Source: an uncultured Cytophagia bacterium (GTDB taxonomy: Bacteria; Zhuqueibacterota; Zhuqueibacteria; Oleimicrobiales; Geothermoviventaceae). From it: a stretch of 64,000 bases of DNA. The DNA lies in contig CAZXXS010000048.1 of NCBI GenBank assembly GCA_964644845.1, positions 19,695 through 83,694 on the forward strand. Direction: 5' to 3'. Shown here piece after piece: positions 10,023 through 18,391 of the stretch. A model generated the notes under the pieces. That model saw only the letters and a program-made list of their open reading frames with translations. It did no database searches and had not been told where the DNA came from. The stretch's first letter is position 1. The number at the start of each line of letters is the position of its first letter. Position numbers and translations under genes: made by a program.

Positions 10023-11218
10023 GTCATTTGCTGTCAGATGTCCTCGTCCTCGTCACCACAGTCTACGTCCTCGGCGTTCTCGCTTTCGTTGTCGGGCTGT
10101 ACCTCCCAGAACCCTTGCGCAAACCCAACCGACGACGCGTTTCTGTGGTCGTTGCCGCGCGAAACGAGCAGGATCGGATTGGCAACCTCCTCCACGATCT
10201 CACGCACCAAACCTACCCAGAAGACCTGTACGAAATCATCGTGGTTGACGACGGCTCTTCGGACCGCACAGCCACGGTGGTTCGGGCAGCGCAGGCGGAA
10301 CACCCGAACGTGCGGCTTCTGCACGTTGCCGAGACTCCCACCTGGATGAGTCCCAAAAAGTTCGCTCTTGAGCAGGGTATCCGTGCCGCCCGGGGCGAAA
10401 TCATCCTGACCACAGACGCCGATTGCCGCGTAAGCAACGCCTGGATCGAGACGGTACTGTCGTACTTTCACGATGACGTCGGCATGGTTGTGGGCTTTTC
10501 CCAAATGGGCAGACCACGCGAGAAACGCAGCCTGCTTGAAAGGCTGCAGGCGCTAGACTTCCTCTCGTTGATGGGCGCTGCAGCAGGAGCGTGCCAGATT
10601 CGCTTTCCCCTTGCCGGGTCCGGGCAAAACCTGGCCTACAGGAAAGAAGCCTTCCTCTCCGTCGGGGGGTACAGTCAGGTGGGTCACCGCGTCTCCGGCG
10701 ACGACGTCCTTCTGCTTCAGCTCGTACGCAGGCAAACCGACTGGCGAATCGTTTTCGCCTTCGATCCACGAGCCCACGCAACTACTGAACCAGAAAAGAC
10801 GCTTTCGGCCTTGCTCAACCAGCGACGGCGCTGGGCCTCCAACGGCGTTTACCAGTTTTTTCTCAATCAACCGTTCTTTCTGTACGCCCTGAACACGTTT
10901 ACCCTGAACCTCTTCATCCTTGCGGGATTTCCCGTCGCTCTGTTTACCGGCGGCCTCAGCCTGGTTGGTTCCGCCTTCGCGGCCAAGGCTTTGGCCGAGC
11001 TGGTTCTGCTACTCAGAGCGGGACAGCTTTTCGGCCGGCTGGACTTGCTCAAAGTCTACCCGCTCTGGGTGATCCTACAGATCCCTTACGTCGTGCTGGT
11101 GGGGATTGGCGGAACCTTTGGAAACTTCACCTGGAAGGGAAGACCGCACAAGGCTGTCATCAGTCCAGCTGGGTTTTCGCCTCCGGAGGCCAAGGCGAAG
11201 CACCCCACCGGAGTCTGA
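10019..11218 (+). CDS. membrane glycosyltransferase family 2, tandem paralog of the preceding gene
   Basis: Collinear with the upstream GT2 (SVVVAARNEQ, LTTDADC, NQRRRWASNG). Probable TTG start at 10019 overlapping the upstream TGA (TTGA coupling). The track ORF begins at 9815 in the +2 frame, overlapping the previous gene by about 200 bp. Confidence 0.75.
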   Translation: MSHLLSDVLVLVTTVYVLGVLAFVVGLYLPEPLRKPNRRRVSVVVAARNEQDRIGNLLHDLTHQTYPEDLYEIIVVDDGSSDRTATVVRAAQAEHPNVRLLHVAETPTWMSPKKFALEQGIRAARGEIILTTDADCRVSNAWIETVLSYFHDDVGMVVGFSQMGRPREKRSLLERLQALDFLSLMGAAAGACQIRFPLAGSGQNLAYRKEAFLSVGGYSQVGHRVSGDDVLLLQLVRRQTDWRIVFAFDPRAHATTEPEKTLSALLNQRRRWASNGVYQFFLNQPFFLYALNTFTLNLFILAGFPVALFTGGLSLVGSAFAAKALAELVLLLRAGQLFGRLDLLKVYPLWVILQIPYVVLVGIGGTFGNFTWKGRPHKAVISPAGFSPPEAKAKHPTGV

Positions 11219-11578
11219 CGCCGCGCGGGGTTCCTGCGGCACGCCCGTAGCCCCGACAGGATTCCGTGTGCACCCGGGGCGAGCCTCGAAAAGGGATCCG
11301 CCGCGTGGGCAACCCACGGCTCTTCGTCCGCAGGAGACGGTTGCCAACGCACGTCACAAACGCGCTCCGGCGTCGCGAAGCTCAAAGCCAGAGCGAGGCC
11401 CTTTGCTGCCCTGCGCTCTTTACGACGTCTGTAACGAGCCGACGGGAAGGCTCCAGGTCCGCCCGCGGAGCGAGCCAGAGCAAACCACGCGGTCCGATTG
11501 TAGCCCCAATCCCGGGCTGTACGTCGCACGCTCCAAACGGTTTTGCAAACTTTTCCGTTCAGGCACAGGCATGTCCCG

Positions 11579-12631
11579 ATGACGCTCCGACCTTTGACAC
11601 GAGCCCTCGCCAATGCCTTCTGGCAGCGGCCGATGAACAGCAGCACGGAAATTCGGATTACCCGTCTGTGCACACAGCGTTGCCGGCAGTGCAGTGTGTA
11701 CGAACGTCGAACCAAGCCTCCGAGCCTTTCCCTGGAGGCTTTCGAACACATCTGCACCGAGCTGAGCGCTTACGGTGCGTACATCGGCTTCGTGTCCGGA
11801 GGTGAGGCCACGCTTGTACCCGAATTGCCGGAAATGCTTCGGCTCGCGAAGCGCACCTTTGCGCTCGAGACCACGCTGGTCACGGGCCTTTACAACACGC
11901 GGGCAGTAATCGAGCGCGTAGGCCGGGTTGCGCTGGAGCTCGGCATCAACATTCAGACCTCCCTCGACGGCTACGGGGAGCTTGGCGACAACCTGCGCGG
12001 CGTTCCCAACTTCGCCGAGACCGTTCTGGACCGAATGGCTCTCCTCTCCTCCCTGCGCAGGCATTCGGACTCCCTTCTGTACGTGAACATCGTTCTGAAC
12101 GCCCTCAACCTGCCGCAGGTCCCGGAACTGGTGGCGCGCGCTCAGGATCTGGGCTGGAAGGTCACAGTTGGCCTCTACCACTCGCTCACCGAGACCACTC
12201 GTGCCGACGACGAACTACGGTTGAAGCCCTCCTCGCTGCTACGGAAAACACTGGACCAACTGGCGCAGAACCCAAACATCTTGAACCTACCCGCCTTCCT
12301 CGAAGGCATCGAGTCTTTTCTGGCCACTGGACGCAACCCCGTTTGCCCTTTTGTCGATGACCGCTTTTTCGCCACTCGCGTCACCATCATGGAGAACGGA
12401 GACGTCCACTTGTGTTGGGGCGGACCCATCGGCAACCTTTTCCGACAGTCGTTGCGCGAGATCTTCCAGAGTCCCGCCTACGCACGGCGTCTTGAGGCTT
12501 ACCGACACTGCCCCGGCTGCTGGACCACCTGTTACACCCAACGCTACCTCTTGATGCACCCGCGCAGTGGTCGCGAGCTCCGGCAGAACTTGCAAAAAGT
12601 ACTCGGACTCAAACGTCCGACCAGATCCTGA
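11579..12631 (+). CDS. radical SAM protein with C-terminal SPASM/twitch-like cysteine cluster
   Basis: CTQRCRQC (CX3CX2C) near the N-terminus. C-terminal CPFVDD..(19)..GDVHLC ... HCPGCWTTC. Start ATG 11579 (MTLRPL...). The track ORF starts at 11543. Confidence 0.8.
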   Translation: MTLRPLTRALANAFWQRPMNSSTEIRITRLCTQRCRQCSVYERRTKPPSLSLEAFEHICTELSAYGAYIGFVSGGEATLVPELPEMLRLAKRTFALETTLVTGLYNTRAVIERVGRVALELGINIQTSLDGYGELGDNLRGVPNFAETVLDRMALLSSLRRHSDSLLYVNIVLNALNLPQVPELVARAQDLGWKVTVGLYHSLTETTRADDELRLKPSSLLRKTLDQLAQNPNILNLPAFLEGIESFLATGRNPVCPFVDDRFFATRVTIMENGDVHLCWGGPIGNLFRQSLREIFQSPAYARRLEAYRHCPGCWTTCYTQRYLLMHPRSGRELRQNLQKVLGLKRPTRS

Positions 12632-12800
12632 AATCGACAAAACGCTCCCGAACACGTCGGAACCATCCGAAACCCTTCTTCCCCCGCGAGCCGTCTTCTT
12701 CCCGGTTGACAAAAAAAACGCTGCCAGGCCTTCGGTCCCACACTTCTCGCTTGGGTTCTGCGAAATGCCCACTTGCTCAGACCGCGGGTTTCTCAGTCAC

Positions 12801-12815
12801 TGGCGCGAAGCTTGC
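12801..12815 (+). promoter_or_regulatory. sigma54-like -24/-12 element TGGCGC-G-AAGC-TTGCC
   Basis: GG and GC have the correct 11-nt register versus consensus TGGCACG-N4-TTGCW. Lies about 145 bp upstream of the H-NOX ATG. An inverted repeat GGGTCA-N7-TGACCC follows immediately (12823-12841). Confidence 0.3.
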
Positions 12816-12958
12816 CCTTTTAGGGTCACGAAATCTGACCCGCTGTGACGTCGCGCCTGTTCTTCTGAGCAGACGGCAGCGTTTTCACCCTTGTGGGGCA
12901 GTTTTTTCCAGCAGGTCACCTTTTCGAGGAGCCGTTGACAAGCACTGAGGAGGCCCAA

Positions 12959-13480
12959 ATGAAAGGCGTGATCGCACTCGCCCTGAAGGAAATGGTTGAA
13001 GAAAAGTACGGCGCGGCGACGTGGAAACGCGCCCTCGCAGCCGCCGGTCTGGAGAAAGAACCTCTGATCCTGCCGATTTCTGACGTGGACGACGAAACGG
13101 TGCTCAAGATCGTGAGCGGGGTGTGCCAAACGGCGGGCGTTTCCGTAGCTCAGATCGCGGACGCCTTTGGCTCTTACTGGGTCGACGTTTACGCGCAACG
13201 GCACTACCCCTCCTACTTCCGCCGAGCCAAGGACGCGAGAGCGTTTCTCCAAATGGTCGATTCAATCCACACAGAAGTCACACAGAACATGCGCAACGCT
13301 CGGCCACCGCATTTCCGGTACGCGTGGAAGGATCCCAACACGCTGGAAATGCTGTACCTGTCTCACCGAGGGCTCATCGACTTTGTCGCCGGTCTGGCCA
13401 AAGCTGTAGGTGCCCACTACGGTGAAACACTCATCGTCACCAAGTCCGGACCGGATCGCATTTTGATCCGGTTTCACTGA
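12959..13480 (+). CDS. hnoX: H-NOX (heme nitric oxide/oxygen-binding, HNOB) domain protein, stand-alone
   Basis: MKGVIALALKEMVEEKYG N-terminus. VDSIHTEV aligns with the proximal-His helix (sGC LDALHDHL). ARPPHFRY aligns with MRAPSFRC. Y-x-S-x-R heme-propionate motif present (YLSHR). GGAGG 5 nt upstream of the ATG. Confidence 0.8.
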   Translation: MKGVIALALKEMVEEKYGAATWKRALAAAGLEKEPLILPISDVDDETVLKIVSGVCQTAGVSVAQIADAFGSYWVDVYAQRHYPSYFRRAKDARAFLQMVDSIHTEVTQNMRNARPPHFRYAWKDPNTLEMLYLSHRGLIDFVAGLAKAVGAHYGETLIVTKSGPDRILIRFH

Positions 13481-14070
13481 CCTTTTTTCGGCCGGTTGCC
13501 ACCGATCCAGACGGCACCCAAGAAATCCTCGGCCAATTTCCGTCAGAGGTCAGACGCCCCCGGACTTCGACTCCCAATTCACAAAATCCGGACGCAAGCG
13601 CGCAAACAGACGACGCACGCGAAGAAGAGCCCGGTGTCACGCGCCCCCCGGCACACCGAGTCGTGGCGAGCGTTCAGGAACAACCACACCACTGTGGATC
13701 TGGCTGCAACCGCTTCCGGCCGGTTCTCACCTTCGGCTGGCACAGACTTGGAGCCCCCGACGAAGAACGCAGCGCAGTCCTGACACAGCAGAATCAGGCG
13801 TCGGGATCGTCAGCAAACCTTCGGAAGCACCCCTGGACCCGAGGGGCGGTCCCTACCGCCACACGGCCTTCGCAGGGTCCCCGTAGGAAAAGGCCAACAT
13901 CCCTCTTGTCTTACCCCGGCCGCAAGGGGCACACCCGGCTTAACCGAAGTGTTCCGTTACTACCGCCACTCCCCGTCAAGCCCGGCCCGCGTCTTTCAGC
14001 CCTTGCGGTCAAATGGTCCACCGTGTCGTCCCGGCAGTACAATTCCGAGGCCCCCGAGAGAAATCCCTCT

Positions 14071-14119
14071 GAGCTTTCTCCACAACACAAAAAAAAGAAA
14101 CCCTCGGCGGGGTGGGCAC
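14071..14119 (-). terminator. intrinsic terminator on minus strand (GAAACCCTCGG-loop-CCGAGGGTTTC + TTTTTTTTG) with no annotated upstream minus-strand gene
   Basis: Perfect 11-bp stem. The 8-T tract lies only on the minus-strand side. The flanking 900-bp region has no credible CDS. Confidence 0.5.
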
Positions 14120-14338
14120 CGAGGGTTTCCGCAAGCAAGGTGCTACCTCGAAACCGGGAGGGGAAGCAGAGGCTCAACCTTGCACTGCTAAATATCGGCC
14201 CGTCTCTCTCCGACTTGAGAAAGAAATCGCGCCAGAAAGGATTTCCGCCTTCCGACGGAAGGCCATTTCTAGCTCGTTCAAATGAGCGCAATGAGACACC
14301 GGTCACACCCGGCAAGGCCCTCACTGGACGTCAGCTAC

Positions 14339-14367
14339 CAGATTGGTCTTGCTTTTGTACGGCTGAA
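14339..14367 (+). promoter_or_regulatory. sigma70-like promoter TTGCTT-N17-TAAAAT for the T9SS-cargo/TonB operon
   Basis: Hexamers and 17-nt spacer read from sequence. Predicted TSS about 14374. GGGAGGAAG RBS at 14417-14425 precedes ATG 14430. Confidence 0.45.
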
Positions 14368-14429
14368 TCTCTAAAATGAGGTCGAGTGGCCGAAATCCGG
14401 TCAGCGTCAACCAACCGGGAGGAAGTACG

Positions 14430-16778
14430 ATGTTTGAAAGGGCGAGGGGAACGCTGCGCGTCCGAGGAGATGGCTTTCTTACCAGTGCTCCGCAAGGTAC
14501 TCGGTGGTGCTTTGTAAAGCATCTTTCGCGGTTGCTGGTCTTTGCACTGGTGTCCATCGCGGCCCAAACCGGGTCGGCACGCGTCACACCGGCAACGATG
14601 CAGCGCAACCTGGAGCCGATTGTACTGAAAGGAAACGCCCTTCCCGAGCTGAACGGCATTTCCGTCGACAGCTTACACGCCTACGCCTACCGCGCCGACT
14701 CCAGCAAGTGGGTTCCCATTGCTTTTCAGATCGACGAAACCGTCGACGGTGACTACTTCAAAGCCGATGACGGCCTACTGGACAGCAACGACGAGGTGGT
14801 CCTCTACTCCGCAGACTTCGGCGACCGTGTCCCCGACGGGATCTGGCTGGACAACCCGGTGGCACGCCGCAACTTCCGCGTTGAAATCGAAGCTCGTGAT
14901 CCCCTCAGCCCAGACAGTAGCGCAGCTGGCTGGGTGTACATCTTCGTCTGCCCGCCGGATTCAGCCAATCAGAACGTGCGTCCTTACTTCACTGTCGACA
15001 AGACGAACGATCGCGTCATCAGCCGCTATTTCGGCGTTGGCCACAACGGTAACGGCTTGCTGGTCAACGGCTGGATCACCCGTGAAGGCGGCGGCAACAA
15101 CATGGACATTGTGGATCGCCAGAAACAGCGCGTGAAAGGTAACTACAAGTACGGTTTCATCACCTACAACTACAAGGTTACGGAGAACAACGTACAGAAA
15201 GAAGGCATTGACTGGATCGTCGGTCCGGTGCGCGTCATCCGGCACGTGAGGGCAAAAATCGTCTACTCCGTGCTTGAAGAAGACATGAACTTGACCGAGT
15301 ACTACTACCCTCGCGCCATCTACGTCGGCGGTGAGGACACCATCGACCCTGATTTGGGTGTGTACCACCTGCGGCAGTCGCTGGACCTGAACGCCAACGC
15401 CACCGGGATGCGGTTCTACAACCCGTACAACCCCAAAGACGAAGAATCGCCGATCATCATCGACACCAAGCGCGACGAAGTGGATCCAACCATTGTTGTA
15501 CCGGGGAAGAACTGGACCATGGTGACAGGCAATCCCGGGACCATCCTGACCTTGATGGACATTCCTGACGTAGGTACACGGCGCAAACTCTACTACAGGG
15601 ACTACCCCAGCGGCACCAGCGACGGCACAGATGACACTGGCGACGGGAAGTCCTACGGTGACATTGGCATCTACATCACGGGCGACAACATCGTTGGTCC
15701 CGCCAGTTTTCACAGCTGGACCTATTTCCTCCCCGCTAATCGGGAGCGCAGTCTTGGCGACACACTTCTGAGCTACTGGGAAAATCCACTCATCATCACA
15801 ACAACACCTCAGCGCGTCGATTCCGTCGGCCCCGCACAGGTATCCGATTTGTTCGCGACAGCTGAGGAAGAAGGTGCTGTGCGGCTCACCTGGACGGCAC
15901 CCGGCGACGACGGCAACGTCGGTACGGCCGAACGTTACGACATCCGGTACACGCTCGATCCGCCGCCCATGGACTCCTACCTCGCCAAGCGGGTGGCCCC
16001 AGCCGGCGACTACGACATGGACAGCTGGTTCCGTGACGCCAAACCCATTGCCGACACAACGGCACCCGCCCCGGCCGGCACGCGCGAGGTCCGGATTTAC
16101 GGCGGCTTCAGTCTCGGCAAGCGCTACTACTTCGCTCTGCGCACGTACGACGACGCCAACCACGCCAGCGCCATTTCCAACGTCACGAGCATCATTCCCG
16201 TGCCCGTGGAGCTGGCCACATTTGCGGCCCACGTCCTGGGCGACTCGGTTGTGCTCACCTGGACAACTGCGTCGGAAAGCCAGAATCTCGGCTTCAGCGT
16301 TGAGCGTGCCCTCGGGGAAGGCAAGCCTTTCAAGGAAATCGGGTTCGTGGAAGGGGCAGGAACCTCCGCGGAACCGCACGAGTACACCTTCTCGGATCAT
16401 CCCCCGGGACCCGGTGTGTACTGGTACCGGCTCAGGCAAATTGACACCGACGGAACTGCCTCCATCTCGAAGGCCGTTCGTGTGACTGTTGCGCCTACGG
16501 ATTTTCGGCTGCTGGCCGCCTTTCCGTCGCCCTTCAACGCCCAAACTCGTATTCGCTTCCGGACCTTGGCTGCGGGCACTGCAACCCTGAGCATTTTCAG
16601 CACAACCGGCAGGTTAGTTTGGAAGACAGAGCTGCAGGTAGCCGAACCGGGTTCCCACGAACTCGTGTGGGAGGGACGCGACGCTGCAGGCCGATCGCTT
16701 CCCAGCGGCGTGTACTTTGTACGACTGACCACACCGAACCGCACGACGGGCATTACAAAGGTGGTGCTGGTTCGTTAG
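14430..16778 (+). CDS. secreted multi-domain protein, T9SS cargo (unknown N-terminal module + Fn3-like domains + T9SS C-terminal sorting domain)
   Basis: C-terminal FPSPFNAQTRIRF...SGVYFVRLTTPN..KVVLVR is a T9SS CTD. Fn3-like WTAPGDDGNVG..YDIRY. N-module paralogous to the next gene. Start at 14430 (RBS). The track's 14376 ATG sits in the -10/TSS region. Confidence 0.8.
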   Translation: MFERARGTLRVRGDGFLTSAPQGTRWCFVKHLSRLLVFALVSIAAQTGSARVTPATMQRNLEPIVLKGNALPELNGISVDSLHAYAYRADSSKWVPIAFQIDETVDGDYFKADDGLLDSNDEVVLYSADFGDRVPDGIWLDNPVARRNFRVEIEARDPLSPDSSAAGWVYIFVCPPDSANQNVRPYFTVDKTNDRVISRYFGVGHNGNGLLVNGWITREGGGNNMDIVDRQKQRVKGNYKYGFITYNYKVTENNVQKEGIDWIVGPVRVIRHVRAKIVYSVLEEDMNLTEYYYPRAIYVGGEDTIDPDLGVYHLRQSLDLNANATGMRFYNPYNPKDEESPIIIDTKRDEVDPTIVVPGKNWTMVTGNPGTILTLMDIPDVGTRRKLYYRDYPSGTSDGTDDTGDGKSYGDIGIYITGDNIVGPASFHSWTYFLPANRERSLGDTLLSYWENPLIITTTPQRVDSVGPAQVSDLFATAEEEGAVRLTWTAPGDDGNVGTAERYDIRYTLDPPPMDSYLAKRVAPAGDYDMDSWFRDAKPIADTTAPAPAGTREVRIYGGFSLGKRYYFALRTYDDANHASAISNVTSIIPVPVELATFAAHVLGDSVVLTWTTASESQNLGFSVERALGEGKPFKEIGFVEGAGTSAEPHEYTFSDHPPGPGVYWYRLRQIDTDGTASISKAVRVTVAPTDFRLLAAFPSPFNAQTRIRFRTLAAGTATLSIFSTTGRLVWKTELQVAEPGSHELVWEGRDAAGRSLPSGVYFVRLTTPNRTTGITKVVLVR

Positions 16779-16801
16779 CGAACACCTGAAGAGGACTTAC
16801 G

Positions 16802-18391
16802 ATGCGCAAGTTGCTGGTCTTCAGCATTCTGCTTCTGGTGGGTCAATCCAGGGGAACGGCTGCGCAGCACTTTGCCAACCGCCCTTACGACTGGACCATC
16901 ATCTACGGGACGTCGCTAACAGGTCTACAAGGAGTGCCCATCTCTCAGCTGGCCATGTTCGCGTTCGACAGCACGGCGTCCAGCTGGCACCCCATCCCGT
17001 TTCAGATCGATGAGGTGGGTGAAGACTCCTTCTTCGGTGGCGACGACGGGCTCCTGGACGGCGATCCGGACCAACCGGATGAGCTTGTCTTCTTGCCGCG
17101 CGACGCCGGAGACAAAGCTCACCCACACAACTGGCCTCAGGGGTTCGACTACAGCTCGCCCGTGTACGAGTTCCAGCTTGTTGACTCCACCACGGGGGAA
17201 AAGGCATTTGCGTACCTGTTTCGCTTTCCTGACGGTGCACCCCCCTGTCCCAACCCCTACGTGATGCGTTACGACCCGCTACGTGATGCGGTGTCCTCGA
17301 AATTCTACGAAGCCGTGTTCGACAGTAACATCACCGTCCACGACGTGCGCATCCTCGCGGCTGCCGGAGGCGACAGTGCCGACCTGGTCGATCGACAGAA
17401 GTCCCGCATCAAGGGCAGACTGGGATGGGCACCGTACGAAACGAACGAAGAGGAAGATTTCCCCGTCACAGCCATCGACTACGTGGTTGGACCGGTGCGG
17501 GTAATCCGGCGGGTGCACAGCAAGTTCCTCGGCTCCGTCGACTTCTACTTCACGGGGCGCTTTTACCCGTTTGGGATGCTCGTCGGTTCCGGGACCCACG
17601 AAATCACTTCGAGCATGGGAATCCAGCTCATTCGCCAATCTCTGGACCTCAGCGGCAACGCGACGGGCATGCGTTTTTACAACTCGCACAACGATGGCGT
17701 GCTCATCGATGGTTCACCGGACCAGGTCGACCGCACTTTGGACGTGCCCGGCCTTAACTGGTTCATGGTCACGGGCCGCTCCGGTACCATCGTGAGCATT
17801 GTGTCCGTACCCCGAATGGGCGACAAACAGACCCTCTACTACCGTGACGACGCCAGCGGCGGTACCGCCGACGGCACGAAGGACACCGGAGACGGCAAGT
17901 CGTTCGGCGACGCCGGCGTCCTGTTCAAGGCGACCAGCGGCAGCATCACGGGCAGCTTTGCCTCGCTTGCCACTACCATGTTCTTTTTGCCACCGGACCA
18001 AGGCCCGGCCGTTGCCGAGTCACTTACCAGCGTGGTTCGGCGCCCACTGGGGCGCCTCGTTCGGCCCCTTGACCTCAGTGCTGTAACCGAGCCGAAACCC
18101 ACTCACCTGCCGCGCACGGTTCAGCTTTTCCCGGTGTACCCCAATCCGTTCAACGGGGCAACGCAAGTTCGGTTTGCACTGCCAAAAGCTGCGCGTGTGC
18201 ACGTGGCCGTGTTCAACGTTGTGGGACACGAAGTGGCGGAATTGGCAAACCGTCGATTCGGTGCAGGAACCCACCGGGTGGCCTGGGATGGAACCGATGC
18301 CCTGCACCGACCGTTACCTTCGGGCATTTACTTCGTACGCCTACAGGCCGGGTCGACCTCCTTAACCAGGAAAGTGTTGTTGCTCAAGTGA
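16802..18391 (+). CDS. secreted protein, T9SS cargo, paralog of upstream gene (shared N-module + T9SS CTD)
   Basis: Signal peptide MRKLLVFSILLLVGQSRGTAAQ. Conserved blocks shared with gene A: W.PI.FQIDE, VDRQK.R.KG, GPVRVIRR, IRQSLDL..NATGMRFYN, TGDGKS.GD. CTD VYPNPFNGATQVRF...GIYFVRLQAG..KVLLLK. Confidence 0.85.
   Translation: MRKLLVFSILLLVGQSRGTAAQHFANRPYDWTIIYGTSLTGLQGVPISQLAMFAFDSTASSWHPIPFQIDEVGEDSFFGGDDGLLDGDPDQPDELVFLPRDAGDKAHPHNWPQGFDYSSPVYEFQLVDSTTGEKAFAYLFRFPDGAPPCPNPYVMRYDPLRDAVSSKFYEAVFDSNITVHDVRILAAAGGDSADLVDRQKSRIKGRLGWAPYETNEEEDFPVTAIDYVVGPVRVIRRVHSKFLGSVDFYFTGRFYPFGMLVGSGTHEITSSMGIQLIRQSLDLSGNATGMRFYNSHNDGVLIDGSPDQVDRTLDVPGLNWFMVTGRSGTIVSIVSVPRMGDKQTLYYRDDASGGTADGTKDTGDGKSFGDAGVLFKATSGSITGSFASLATTMFFLPPDQGPAVAESLTSVVRRPLGRLVRPLDLSAVTEPKPTHLPRTVQLFPVYPNPFNGATQVRFALPKAARVHVAVFNVVGHEVAELANRRFGAGTHRVAWDGTDALHRPLPSGIYFVRLQAGSTSLTRKVLLLK

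Noticed and set aside
13496-13783. 95-aa basic ORF (and 13663-14379 238-aa ORF) in the non-coding gap
   Set aside because: Low-complexity K/R/S/P/T-rich sequence with no motif. 13663-14379 runs through the minus-strand terminator hairpin. Treated as non-coding.
14376-14429. ATG at 14376 as start of the first T9SS cargo gene
   Set aside because: It sits within or just after the predicted -10 (TAAAAT 14362-14367) and lacks an RBS. ATG 14430 has GGGAGGAAG 4 nt upstream.
14961-16544. 527-aa minus-strand ORF inside the first T9SS cargo gene (and similar antisense ORFs at 7475-8584, 9420-10004, 16899-17240, 19275-19700)
   Set aside because: Antisense shadow ORFs of high-GC genes. No motifs. Gly/Arg/Val-rich composition.
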